From positions 24,181 through 88,180 of the forward strand of contig JAIQFQ010000004.1 in assembly GCA_020073245.1 (NCBI GenBank): a stretch of 64,000 nucleotides of DNA, in the 5' to 3' direction. The position numbers were made by a program, and so were the translations under genes. This DNA comes from Terriglobia bacterium (GTDB taxonomy: Bacteria > Acidobacteriota > Thermoanaerobaculia > Thermoanaerobaculales > Thermoanaerobaculaceae). Below, piece by piece: positions 52,964 through 61,233 of the stretch (the stretch's first letter is position 1; each line of letters starts with the position of its first letter). The notes beneath the pieces are model-generated. The model saw only the letters and a program-made list of their open reading frames with translations, ran no database searches and had not been told where the DNA came from.

Positions 52964-54160
52964 GTGCAGCCGCGACGAGCGCTGACCTGGATCGCGATCC
53001 TCTACTTTGCCGAAGGACTCCCGTTCGGGATTGCTTACGACCTGTGGCCCGTCTACTTTCGACGGCACGGCGTCTCGCTCAGGGAGATCGGCCTGATGAG
53101 TCTCCTCTTCATGCCGTGGACCCTGAAGATGCTGTGGGCGCCGCTGGTGGACCGGTACGGCGCCCGCCAGCACTGGATCAGCGCAGCTCTTCTCGTGCTC
53201 GGTGGCACGACCCTCGCGGTCATGCCTCTGGATGCCGCGCACCCGTCGTGGCTGATGTGGTCCGTGCTGCTGCTGTTCACCACGGCCTCCGCGACCCAGG
53301 ACATCGCGGTCGACGCGTACGCAGTCGACGTCATCACGCCGGAGTCGAGGGGACCGATCAACGGCATGCGCGTGTCGGCTGCTCGCGTCGCCTTCGTCCT
53401 GGCAGGGGGCGTCGCCCTGGTGCTCTCGAAGTTCACGGGCTGGAAGCCACTGTGGGCGTTGCTCGGCGTCACGTTCTTCGTGCTGGCTGCGGTCGCGTTC
53501 ACGAGTCCCCGAGTGGTCCTCGACGCGGCCAAGCGCCGCAACCCTATCGGCCCGGTGCTTCGATGGGCGCTGCGATGGGAGATGGTTCCGGTGCTCCTCT
53601 TCGTGCCCCTCTTCAAGCTCGGCGACTCCACGCTGGGGCGCATGGTCAAGCCGTTCTGGGTGGACCGGGGGTATACGGACGCAGAGATCGGGCTGGTCTC
53701 GATGACCGGCGGGGTGGCTCTCACGGTTGTCGGCGCCCTCGCCGGAGGATGGTTCGTGAAGCGCTACGGGATCTTCCGGGCGCTGCTTTGGCTCGGCATC
53801 GCGCAGTCGGCCGTGAACCTCGGGTACGTGGCGGTAGCGACGCTGCCGCTTCCGCGGGAGGCCATCTACGTTGCCTCGTTGCTCGAGTCGTTCGGCCAGG
53901 GACTGGGAACCGCCGCTTTCGTCTCTTTCCTGACGAACCTCTGCGACAAGGAACACGCTGCGACGCAATACGCGCTGTTATCGGCGCTGTTCGCGCTCAC
54001 GCGCGACGTCGCCGGGGCATTCACGGGGTTTGGTGTAGAGAGACTCGGCTACGCCGTCTACTTCGGGTTCACGGTGCTGATCGCCGTACCCGGCCTGCTG
54101 CTGCTCCCGCTGATCAAGCCGCGGGTCCGCGAGCAGCAGGCTGCGGCCGTCTCGGGGTGA
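52964..54160 (+). CDS. ampG: MFS transporter, AmpG (muropeptide permease) family
   Basis: LTWIAILYFAEGLPFGIAYDLWPVYFRRHGVSLREIGLMSLLFMPWTLKMLWAPLVDRYG is the AmpG-type N-terminal pattern. 12-TM layout. Start taken at GTG 52964 (alternative: 52937). Confidence 0.82.
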   Translation: MQPRRALTWIAILYFAEGLPFGIAYDLWPVYFRRHGVSLREIGLMSLLFMPWTLKMLWAPLVDRYGARQHWISAALLVLGGTTLAVMPLDAAHPSWLMWSVLLLFTTASATQDIAVDAYAVDVITPESRGPINGMRVSAARVAFVLAGGVALVLSKFTGWKPLWALLGVTFFVLAAVAFTSPRVVLDAAKRRNPIGPVLRWALRWEMVPVLLFVPLFKLGDSTLGRMVKPFWVDRGYTDAEIGLVSMTGGVALTVVGALAGGWFVKRYGIFRALLWLGIAQSAVNLGYVAVATLPLPREAIYVASLLESFGQGLGTAAFVSFLTNLCDKEHAATQYALLSALFALTRDVAGAFTGFGVERLGYAVYFGFTVLIAVPGLLLLPLIKPRVREQQAAAVSG

Positions 54161-54362
54161 GGCGCTCGGCGTTCTTGACGCCGCGAGTCAGCTAGGTGGC
54201 TCGTCGCGGCGTACGCCGCGTCGGTGCGCCACACAACTGCGGGGAGGAAACGGATCGCACCCGTTCTGGCCCTTCGGCCCGTGCCGAACCCTTTCCTTCT
54301 GGCGCGACGTACAATGCCTCGTCGCGCGGCCGCACCAGGGCCGCGCGCTTCTGGAGGAGAGG

Positions 54363-55700
54363 ATGAACCACAGAGCGGCGTTGGCGGTCGGAGTTGCCAT
54401 TGTCGCGGTGTTAACGGCGGGAGCGGTCGGCGCCGCGGCGCCGGCGGTGAGGCCGACCCCGACACCCTTGGGCGACGCAGCGGTCTATCAGCCGCGCCAC
54501 GTGGACCCCGTGCTCAAGCAGATCGAGGATGCGGACAAGGCGGCCACCGCAAGCGCAGACGAGCAGACCGCCAAGGTCCGCGATGCACAGAAGGCGAGGG
54601 CCGAGACCTCGAAGAAGGACGAGAATGTCCTCCGCTTCGATCTTTCGCGTGTCGCCAGGCCCTCAGGCCCTGTGGCCTTCCGGCAGGCGTTCCACTTTCC
54701 GCCGGTGGCCCAGTACCTCACGGGGACGTGTTGGAGCTTCTCCACCACCTCGTTCTACGAGTCGGAGGTATACCGCCTCACCGGTCAGAAGGTGAAACTC
54801 TCCGAGATCTGGACGGTGTACTGGGAGTACGTCGAGAAGATGCGCCGCTTCGTACGAGAGCGTGGCGACTCCTTGATCGAGGAAGGGTCCGAATCCGGCG
54901 CGGTGGCGCGGATCTGGAAGCAGTACGGTGCGGTGCCCGAGGACGCGTACCCGGGCGTGCTGAGCAAGGACGGCAGGCACGACCACTCCCGACTCATCGC
55001 GCAGCTCAAACAGCTCTCCGAATGGGTCAGGGCTCACGGCGTGTGGGACGAAGAGCGGGTGCTGGCAATGGCACGCGCGATCCTGGATCGCGAGTTGGGC
55101 GTCCCCCCGCAGCGGGTGACGTACGGTGGGAACGAGTACGCGCCGCAGCAGTTCCTCTCGCAGGTACTCAAGCTAAATCTCGACGACTACGTGGAGTTCA
55201 TGTCGACCCTCTCGGTGCCCTTCTACACGCGCGGCGAGTTCAAAGTTCCCGACAACTGGTGGCACGACGACTCGTACTACAACGTGCCGCTGGAGGACTG
55301 GTACGGACTGGCGAAGAGCGCCGTCCGGCGTGGGTTCACGGCGGCGATCGGCGGCGACGTTTCGGAGCCGGGCTACAACGGCTTCGAGAACGTGGCCGTG
55401 GTGCCGACGTTCGACATCCCGCAGGGGAACATCAACCAGGACGCGCGGGAGTTCCGCTTCTACAACCACGCGACCGAGGACGACCACGGGCTGCACATGG
55501 TGGGCATCACCAGCGTGGGTGGACGCGACTGGTTTCTGATCAAAGACTCGGCGCGCTCGTCACGGTGGGGGAAGTTCGAGGGGTACTACTTCTACCGCGA
55601 CGATTACGTGCGGCTGAAGATGCTCACCATCCTGGTGCACAGGGACGCCGTCAAGGACCTCTTGGCGAGGTTCACGCAGCAGCCAGCGCGGTCATCGTAG
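54363..55700 (+). CDS. C1-family cysteine peptidase, aminopeptidase C / bleomycin-hydrolase-like, exported
   Basis: 445 aa. Signal peptide, catalytic-Cys context QYLTGTCWSFSTTSF, and later HGLHMVGIT (His). GGAGGAGAGG SD. Confidence 0.8.
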   Translation: MNHRAALAVGVAIVAVLTAGAVGAAAPAVRPTPTPLGDAAVYQPRHVDPVLKQIEDADKAATASADEQTAKVRDAQKARAETSKKDENVLRFDLSRVARPSGPVAFRQAFHFPPVAQYLTGTCWSFSTTSFYESEVYRLTGQKVKLSEIWTVYWEYVEKMRRFVRERGDSLIEEGSESGAVARIWKQYGAVPEDAYPGVLSKDGRHDHSRLIAQLKQLSEWVRAHGVWDEERVLAMARAILDRELGVPPQRVTYGGNEYAPQQFLSQVLKLNLDDYVEFMSTLSVPFYTRGEFKVPDNWWHDDSYYNVPLEDWYGLAKSAVRRGFTAAIGGDVSEPGYNGFENVAVVPTFDIPQGNINQDAREFRFYNHATEDDHGLHMVGITSVGGRDWFLIKDSARSSRWGKFEGYYFYRDDYVRLKMLTILVHRDAVKDLLARFTQQPARSS

Positions 55701-55849
55701 GCGCGCGGGGCGGCCAAGCCGGCTGGCGCACCGGACGCCCGTGCGGCTCGCATGCCCGGCATCCTCGATTTGAGCCCTGACTCGCCGTATGGGCGCGCTA
55801 CACTCCCGGCGTGCCGCCATGCCGGTGACGTGGTGGGGGGAGACACACC

Positions 55850-57235
55850 GTGCCGAGTTACACACTTGGGAAAGCTCCGCGGGGCCGCTTTCGTTGGGTC
55901 CTGCTTGTTCTGCCGCTGGTTCTTGTCGGGCTCGTCGTGTGGGGTTCGCTGCGCCGTGGTCCTGCACCGGGCATCGTGATCGAGAGCGCCCGCCCGGCGG
56001 TCGGAACCGCGACGAAGATCGTGGCGCGTTTCTCCGAGCCGGTCGGAGGCCTCGGGCGGATCTCGCTCGAGCTCAGCCAGGGCGAGAGGACGGTGAGGCT
56101 CGCCGAGCAGCGGTTCGAACGCGCCGGCGCGTTCTCCCCGACCCGCGGCCGGTTCACCGCAAACGCGGAACTTGCCGCGACGGTCGGACGATCGGCGCAG
56201 GACTGGCTGAAGGAAGGCGAGGTCGTGCTCCGGGCGACGGCTGAACGGATGGCGGGGCCGCTCCGCTCGCGCGCCCCTGTGGTCGTCGAGAAACGCATGA
56301 CCGTCCGCCTGCGTCCGCCTCACTTGGAGCTTCTCTCGAAGCAGCACTACGTTCGCCAGGGAGGCTCAGGGGTCGCAGTTCTGCGTATCGGCGAGAGCGC
56401 CGTGCGCTCGGGCGTGCGCGCCGGGGCGGTGGAGTCGCTTTCGTTCGTGCTGCCGGGAGGCGCGCCGGGAGAGCGCTTTGTCCTCTTCGCGATCCCCTGG
56501 GAGCTTTCGGACGGCGACCAGGTACGGCTGTTCGCCGAGGACGACGCCGGGAACCGTGTCGAGATGCCGTTCGTGAACCTCTTCAAGCCGTCGCCCCCCC
56601 GGACGGATCGCCTCGAGCTCTCCGAGAGCTTCCTGGCCAAGGTGGTGCCGGCGATCGCGAGCCAGACGCCCGGGTTCGACGCGAGCGGCTCGTTGCTCGA
56701 CCAGTACTTGAGGATCAACGGCGACGTCCGCAGGGCAACGCTCGCCACGATCGCCGAGCTCTCTGCGGACACCCAACCGACGTTCCTGTGGCGCAACGCG
56801 TTCGCGCAGATGCCCAACACGCAGCGCCGGGCCGGCTTCGCGGAGAACCGCACCTACCTCTACCAGGGAAAGGTGGTGGACCACCAGACGCACCTCGGCC
56901 TCGATCTCGCCTCGACCGAGCATGCCCCGGTCCCGGCAGCCAATGCCGGCAGGGTGGTCTTTGCCGGTTGGCTCGCGATCTACGGGAACGCGGTGATTAT
57001 CGACCACGGATACGGCCTCATGAGCCTGTACGGTCACATGGCCTCGCTCTCGGTGAAGGCCGGCGACGTCGTCTCAAAGGGCCAGCAGATCGGAAACAGC
57101 GGGTCGACCGGCCTCGCGGGAGGAGACCACCTGCATCTGGAGATCTTCGTGCAAGGCAAGTCAGTCGACCCGCTCGAGTGGCTCGACGAGCACTGGATCC
57201 GCGACAACATCGCCACGAAGGTGAAGGTGCCTTAG
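55850..57235 (+). CDS. M23-family (LytM-type) metallopeptidase with N-terminal TM anchor
   Basis: 461 aa. HLGLDLAS, GNSGSTGLAGGDHLHLEI, VDPLEWL are classic M23 motifs. Confidence 0.88.
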   Translation: MPSYTLGKAPRGRFRWVLLVLPLVLVGLVVWGSLRRGPAPGIVIESARPAVGTATKIVARFSEPVGGLGRISLELSQGERTVRLAEQRFERAGAFSPTRGRFTANAELAATVGRSAQDWLKEGEVVLRATAERMAGPLRSRAPVVVEKRMTVRLRPPHLELLSKQHYVRQGGSGVAVLRIGESAVRSGVRAGAVESLSFVLPGGAPGERFVLFAIPWELSDGDQVRLFAEDDAGNRVEMPFVNLFKPSPPRTDRLELSESFLAKVVPAIASQTPGFDASGSLLDQYLRINGDVRRATLATIAELSADTQPTFLWRNAFAQMPNTQRRAGFAENRTYLYQGKVVDHQTHLGLDLASTEHAPVPAANAGRVVFAGWLAIYGNAVIIDHGYGLMSLYGHMASLSVKAGDVVSKGQQIGNSGSTGLAGGDHLHLEIFVQGKSVDPLEWLDEHWIRDNIATKVKVP

Positions 57236-57240
57236 CGGCG

Positions 57241-57382
57241 GGAAGCAGGAAGAACGGGAAACGGTAGAGGGAAGACGGGCGGGGGAGCAGAGGGGCAGAG
57301 GAGCGGAGGAGCGGAGCGGCGATGCCGTCGCCCTCCCCTGTTTTTTCTCGCTCCTCGGCTCCCCAGCACCCCGCTCCTCTGC
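57241..57382. repeat. Purine-block / pyrimidine-block heptad dyad element, copy D
   Basis: GA-rich arm 57241 to about 57320 with heptads AACGGGA AACGGTA GAGGGAA GACGGGC (57253-57280). Central hairpin around GGCGA-tgccg-TCGCC. CT-rich arm ccctcccctgttttttctcgctcctcggctccccagcaccccgctcctctgc. Followed by TCGAACCTTCGAA at 57396-57408. Confidence 0.55.
57313..57346 (+). terminator. Terminator-like core of element D downstream of the M23 peptidase gene
   Basis: GGAG(c)GGCGA-tgccg-TCGCCCTCC (9 bp with one bulge) followed 4 nt later by TTTTTT (57341-57346). Confidence 0.4.
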
Positions 57383-57467
57383 AGCTGGGGAGCGTTCGAA
57401 CCTTCGAATGTGTGAACCTCTGGACCCTCATTGCCTGGCAGTTGTTGCCCGCGCGGGCGGCGAGACG

Positions 57468-57473
57468 TAGACT
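57468..57473 (+). promoter_or_regulatory. Putative -10 hexamer TAGACT, 6 nt upstream of ATG 57480 (leaderless-type arrangement)
   Basis: TAGACT-cacgaa-ATG read directly. No SD. Confidence 0.45.
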
Positions 57474-57479
57474 CACGAA

Positions 57480-57947
57480 ATGGACCGTGAGCTCAGCCTG
57501 CAGGACCGCTACGCCCCTTCGACGTGCTGCTTCGGGTGCGGCCCGGCCAACCCCGAAGGCCTTCGGATCAAGAGCTTCGTGCGCGGTGGCGAGGTCGTGG
57601 CCGAGTGGGTGCCGGCGAAACGCCACGAGGCCTTCGACGGCGTGCTCAACGGCGGCATCATCGGCACCCTGTTCGATTGCCACTGCAACTGGACGGCCGC
57701 GCACCATCTGATGGAGGCGAGCGGCGCCGACAAACCGCCGTGCACCGTGACCGCGGAGTACCGCGTCGTGCTCAAGCGGCCGACGCCTTCGGGCGGCCCC
57801 GTCATCGTGCGGGCCCGGGTCGTGGAGGCGGGCGTCGACCGCGCGGTGGTCGAGAGCACACTCGAGGCCGGGGGCAGGGTCACGGCCACCTGCCGCGGGG
57901 TCTTCGTGGCGGTGCAGGAAGGACACCCCGCGTTTCACCGGTGGTAG
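57480..57947 (+). CDS. Hotdog-fold thioesterase (PaaI/YbgC-like)
   Basis: 155 aa. CCFGCGPANPEGLRI..., LNGGIIGTLFD. Typical size and layout of the thioesterase superfamily. Confidence 0.8.
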   Translation: MDRELSLQDRYAPSTCCFGCGPANPEGLRIKSFVRGGEVVAEWVPAKRHEAFDGVLNGGIIGTLFDCHCNWTAAHHLMEASGADKPPCTVTAEYRVVLKRPTPSGGPVIVRARVVEAGVDRAVVESTLEAGGRVTATCRGVFVAVQEGHPAFHRW

Positions 57948-58052
57948 TCATCGACCGGGGTGCCGTCTCACCGGCCACGGCACTGGTGGGAGCCTTCCCC
58001 TGCCCTGCCCACGGACTCGGGGTGGCGTCGGGCCGCGCCTCGGCGGCCACGG

Positions 58053-58937
58053 TTACTTCGTGTCAAGGATGAGCGGGAGGCCGTCCTTGCCGGCGCCGAT
58101 GATCACGACCTTGGCGTTTTGCGAGGCCGCCAGCTTCTCGGTGGCCTCGATCCCCTTCCAGCGCAGCAGCGGGTCGGAGATCCCCTTCGTGACGATGTTC
58201 TGGAAGTCGGAGATCCCCTGCGCCTCGATGCGCTTCCGCTCGGCCTCCTGCTTCTCCTTCAGGAGCACGAACTGCATGCGCTGGCTCTCCTGCTCGGCGC
58301 GGAGCTTTTCCTCGATCGCCTGCGTGAGCCCGGCGGGCAGCCCGACCCGGCGCAGGGGCGTCGCCTCGACCATGATCCCCCGCGGCCCCACGAGCTTCTG
58401 GAGGTCCTTCAGGATCGTCTCCGCGAGCATCTCGCGCTCCGAGGTGTAGAGCGCCTTCGCCTCGTACCCGGCGGTCACGCCGCGCGCCACCGACCGGAAC
58501 TGAGGTTCCAGGATCACCTCGAGGTAGTTCGGGCCGATCGTCTTGTACACTTCGGCGGCCCGGTCGGGGTCGAGGTGGTACAGGGCCGAGAGCTCGAGCT
58601 GGACGGTGAGCCCCTCCTTGGAGGGCACGTCCATCGTCTCCTTGATCTCCTCGGTCTTGATCGAGAACTTGCGGATCATTGCGAGCGGGTTTCGGGTGTT
58701 GATCCCCGCCTTCAAGGTGTCCGGCGAGACGCTGCCGAAGAAATCCACGATCCCCACGTGACCGGCGGGAATCACCGTGAACATCTGCGCGAGCGCGAGC
58801 AGGACGCCGAGCACGACGACGGCACCCGCCCCCGCCCGACTCGCTCCGGCGAACTCACCGGCACGCGCGGCCTTCCCCAGCCGAGTCCACGCCACGAGAG
58901 CGACCACCGCGATCAAAGCCCCAACGATGAAGAGCAT
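58053..58937 (-). CDS. SPFH/Band-7 (prohibitin/HflC-like) membrane protein
   Basis: 294 aa. N-terminal TM, then the SPFH core (GHVGIVDFFG..., LELSALYHLDP, REMLAE...). GAAGGAGG SD and TACACT further upstream. Confidence 0.9.
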   Translation of the reverse strand: MLFIVGALIAVVALVAWTRLGKAARAGEFAGASRAGAGAVVVLGVLLALAQMFTVIPAGHVGIVDFFGSVSPDTLKAGINTRNPLAMIRKFSIKTEEIKETMDVPSKEGLTVQLELSALYHLDPDRAAEVYKTIGPNYLEVILEPQFRSVARGVTAGYEAKALYTSEREMLAETILKDLQKLVGPRGIMVEATPLRRVGLPAGLTQAIEEKLRAEQESQRMQFVLLKEKQEAERKRIEAQGISDFQNIVTKGISDPLLRWKGIEATEKLAASQNAKVVIIGAGKDGLPLILDTK

Positions 58938-59217
58938 CGCCGCCTCCTTCGCAATTTCCGTAAGTGTACGGTACTCGCTGTGAGGAGCTGACGAAGTGGG
59001 CAGCGGGTGGAGCTCAACGGAGACGACGCATCAAATCCCGACCTGAGCGGCCGCGGCTCTGGGTATGTGGCCACCTACCATCGGATTCGTGAGGGTTCCT
59101 CGGCGCCTAATCATAGTTGCTGAACCGGGGGCGTCGAAAGTTGAAGGCCCCCTACGACGGTCGGCCCTTTTTCGAACACGGCCTGCGAGGCGTGGCACTC
59201 TGAAGGGAAGGTTGTGC

Positions 59218-59223
59218 TATAAC
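59218..59223 (+). promoter_or_regulatory. Putative -10 hexamer TATAAC, 6 nt upstream of ATG 59230 (leaderless-type arrangement)
   Basis: TATAAC-ggcgtc-ATG read directly. No SD. Confidence 0.45.
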
Positions 59224-59229
59224 GGCGTC

Positions 59230-59682
59230 ATGCCGGACCGAAAATACAGGCACCGCGGGTATCAGGACGAGGAGCGCCACGAGGAGCGCCGGCCTCCCGA
59301 CAGTGGGCCGCCGCGCGAACGTCCTGAGGGTCCGCGGGGTCGGGGACTGGGCGCTCCGACCCTGACGGTGTTCCGCTGCCGGATGTGCGGCACGCGGCAG
59401 CAACTCTCTGGAGCGGTCGGCCCGGAAAGCACTTGCGTCAGCTGTGGCAACGACCTGCACACCTGCTCGAACTGCATCCAGTTCGACACCTCGCGTCCGA
59501 ACGAGTGTCGCAAGCCGGTCGTCCAGCGCATCACGAACAAAACCAGGCGCAACGCCTGTGAGCTGTTCACACCCAACACGGTGCAGGAATTTGCCTCCGA
59601 CATGCCGGCAGTCGCAACCCCTGACGGCGGATCGATCGCAAGCCCGCGCGCCGCCTTCGACGCTCTCTTCAAGAAGAAGTGA
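59230..59682 (+). CDS. Hypothetical zinc-ribbon protein with basic/acidic N-terminal tail
   Basis: ATG 59230 within tracked ORF 59065..59682. 150 aa. CRMCG...CVSCGNDLHTCSNC...ECRKP...NACELF cysteine clusters. Confidence 0.5.
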   Translation: MPDRKYRHRGYQDEERHEERRPPDSGPPRERPEGPRGRGLGAPTLTVFRCRMCGTRQQLSGAVGPESTCVSCGNDLHTCSNCIQFDTSRPNECRKPVVQRITNKTRRNACELFTPNTVQEFASDMPAVATPDGGSIASPRAAFDALFKKK

Positions 59683-59870
59683 ATTCGGCTCGCCAGGCGA
59701 GCCGAATTCATCCCGAGCGAAGCGAGGGATCCCCCCGCGCCACGTTGGCTTGAGCAGGCTCGCCAGGCGAGCCGAATTCATCCCGAGCGAAGCGAGGGAT
59801 CCCCCCGCGCCACGTTGGCTTGAGCAGGCTCGCCGGGCGAGCCGAGTTCATCCCGAGCGAAGCGAGGGAC
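59681..59870. repeat. 70-bp tandem repeat (2 identical copies plus a diverged partial third), each unit carrying a palindrome
   Basis: Unit GGCTCGCCAGGCGAGCCGAATTCATCCCGAGCGAAGCGAGGGATCCCCCCGCGCCACGTTGGCTTGAGCA at 59687-59756 and 59757-59826 (identical by eye). The third copy, 59827 to about 59870, has 3 substitutions. A 29-nt perfect palindrome GAATTCGGCTCGCC-A-GGCGAGCCGAATTC at 59681-59709 starts directly after the TGA of the zinc-ribbon gene. Confidence 0.85.
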
Positions 59871-59995
59871 CCCTCAGCGCGAGAGGGGACGGCCATTCGA
59901 GAGTCTTTTGTCTGGTGGTCATTCGTGACGTGCGCCCGTGCGAGCGCCGCGCGTGCCTCATCGCGGGAGAGCGGCCGGCTGCTGAGGCCCGCCGA

Positions 59996-60026
59996 CCGGG
60001 GCACCGGGAGGTGGGTGGTGCCCCGG
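59996..60026 (-). terminator. GC-rich hairpin 26 nt downstream of the ftsZ stop (terminator candidate without U-tract)
   Basis: CCGGGGCACC-gggaggtgggt-GGTGCCCCGG, a perfect 10-bp stem. Confidence 0.35.
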
Positions 60027-60051
60027 CGGCGGTCCGACCGCTGTCCCCGAC

Positions 60052-61233
60052 CTAGTCCATCTGGCGTCGCAGGTACGTGGGCGTGTCGAGCTCCGAGAAG
60101 TTTCCGACGTTGACGCCGTAGTCGGAGGGAAGGTTGGCCGGCAGGTACGGGCTGCCCGGGTCGACCTGCTTCTCTGCCCGCGCGGACTCCTTCGGAAGCA
60201 AGCGCTCGGGCTGGCGCGCGGGCCGGTCCTCCGCGGTGGCGCCGAAGCCGGTCGCGACGACCGTGACCTGGATCTTTCCGGCCAGCTCTTCCCGCTGCCC
60301 GTATCCGAACAGGAACAGGCAGTCCTGGGAGCAGCGCTTGGCGATGTACTCGGCGGCGTCGTTGATCTCCGAGATCGTCGTGTCAACCCCGCCGACGAAG
60401 TTCACCAGCACCCGCTGCGCCCCTTCGAGGGAGGCCTCTTCGAGGAGTGGCGAGGAGAACGCCTGCTGCGCCGCCTCGATGGCGCGGTGCTCGCCCTGGC
60501 CGTGGCCGATGCCCATGAGCGCCATGCCGCCGCCGCGCATCACGGTCTCGACGTCCGCGAAATCGCGGTTGATGATCCCGGTCTCGTTGATGATGTCCGA
60601 GATCCCTTCGACGCCGTGACGGAGCGCCTCGTCGGCGAGCTGGAACGCCTCTTCGACCGAGACCTGCGGCCCGACCATCTGCAGGAGGCGCGAGTTTGGC
60701 ACCGTGATGAGGGTGTCCACGCATTTCCGCAGTTCCTCGATCCCCTTCTCGGCGATCCGAGCCTTTCGCGTTCCCTCGAAGGCGAAGGGCTTGGTCACGA
60801 CGGCAACCGTGAGGGCGCCCGCGTCGCGGGCCAGGTTACCGATGACCGGGGCCGCTCCGGTCCCCGTGCCGCCCCCCATCCCGGCGGCGATGAAGACCAT
60901 ATCGGCGCCTTCGAGACACTCGATGAGATCGTCGGTCCTGTCGAGTGCCGCACGGTTCGCGGCGTCCGGGTCACAGCCGGCACCGAGCGCCTTGCCGCGA
61001 GAGTTCGGGGTGACGAGCTGCAACCGAACACCGGCCCGGCTCGCGCGGAGCGCCTGCCCGTCGGTGTTGACCGCGATGAACTCGACGCCCTTGATGCCGG
61101 CGGCGATCATTCGGTTGACCGCGTTGCTGCCACCCCCACCGACTCCCAAGACCTTGATCACCGCAGGCGAGGAGTCGTCGGCGATGGTGATCGCCGGCAC
61201 CGTGGCGCCCTTGGAGTCGTCGAACGTAATCAT
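60052..61233 (-). CDS. ftsZ: Cell division protein FtsZ
   Basis: ATG 61233 preceded by GGAGGTGGAGA. IKVLGVGGGGSNAVNRM, tubulin signature GMGGGTGTGAAPV, NRDFADV. C-terminal DTPTYLRRQ peptide. It is the 3' part of the artefactual 940-aa tracked ORF. Confidence 0.97.
   Translation of the reverse strand: MITFDDSKGATVPAITIADDSSPAVIKVLGVGGGGSNAVNRMIAAGIKGVEFIAVNTDGQALRASRAGVRLQLVTPNSRGKALGAGCDPDAANRAALDRTDDLIECLEGADMVFIAAGMGGGTGTGAAPVIGNLARDAGALTVAVVTKPFAFEGTRKARIAEKGIEELRKCVDTLITVPNSRLLQMVGPQVSVEEAFQLADEALRHGVEGISDIINETGIINRDFADVETVMRGGGMALMGIGHGQGEHRAIEAAQQAFSSPLLEEASLEGAQRVLVNFVGGVDTTISEINDAAEYIAKRCSQDCLFLFGYGQREELAGKIQVTVVATGFGATAEDRPARQPERLLPKESARAEKQVDPGSPYLPANLPSDYGVNVGNFSELDTPTYLRRQMD

Noticed and set aside
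29003-57382. Apparent common orientation of all purine/pyrimidine dyad elements (purine arm always first on the plus strand)
   Set aside because: A purine block followed by its complementary pyrimidine block reads the same way on both strands. The shared orientation is automatic and carries no information about strand or replication direction.
57394-57410. GTTCGAACC strings (also at 29124-29140) that superficially resemble a tRNA T-arm (GGTTCGAATCC)
   Set aside because: No acceptor, D or anticodon arms can be drawn around them. They are part of the TCGAACCTTCGAA flank of the repeat elements. I found no tRNA, including no tRNA-Sec, in any intergenic region.
59687-59870. Possibility that the 70-bp direct repeats are a CRISPR array
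   Set aside because: The units are contiguous with no unique spacers and are far longer than CRISPR repeats. No cas genes are in the window.
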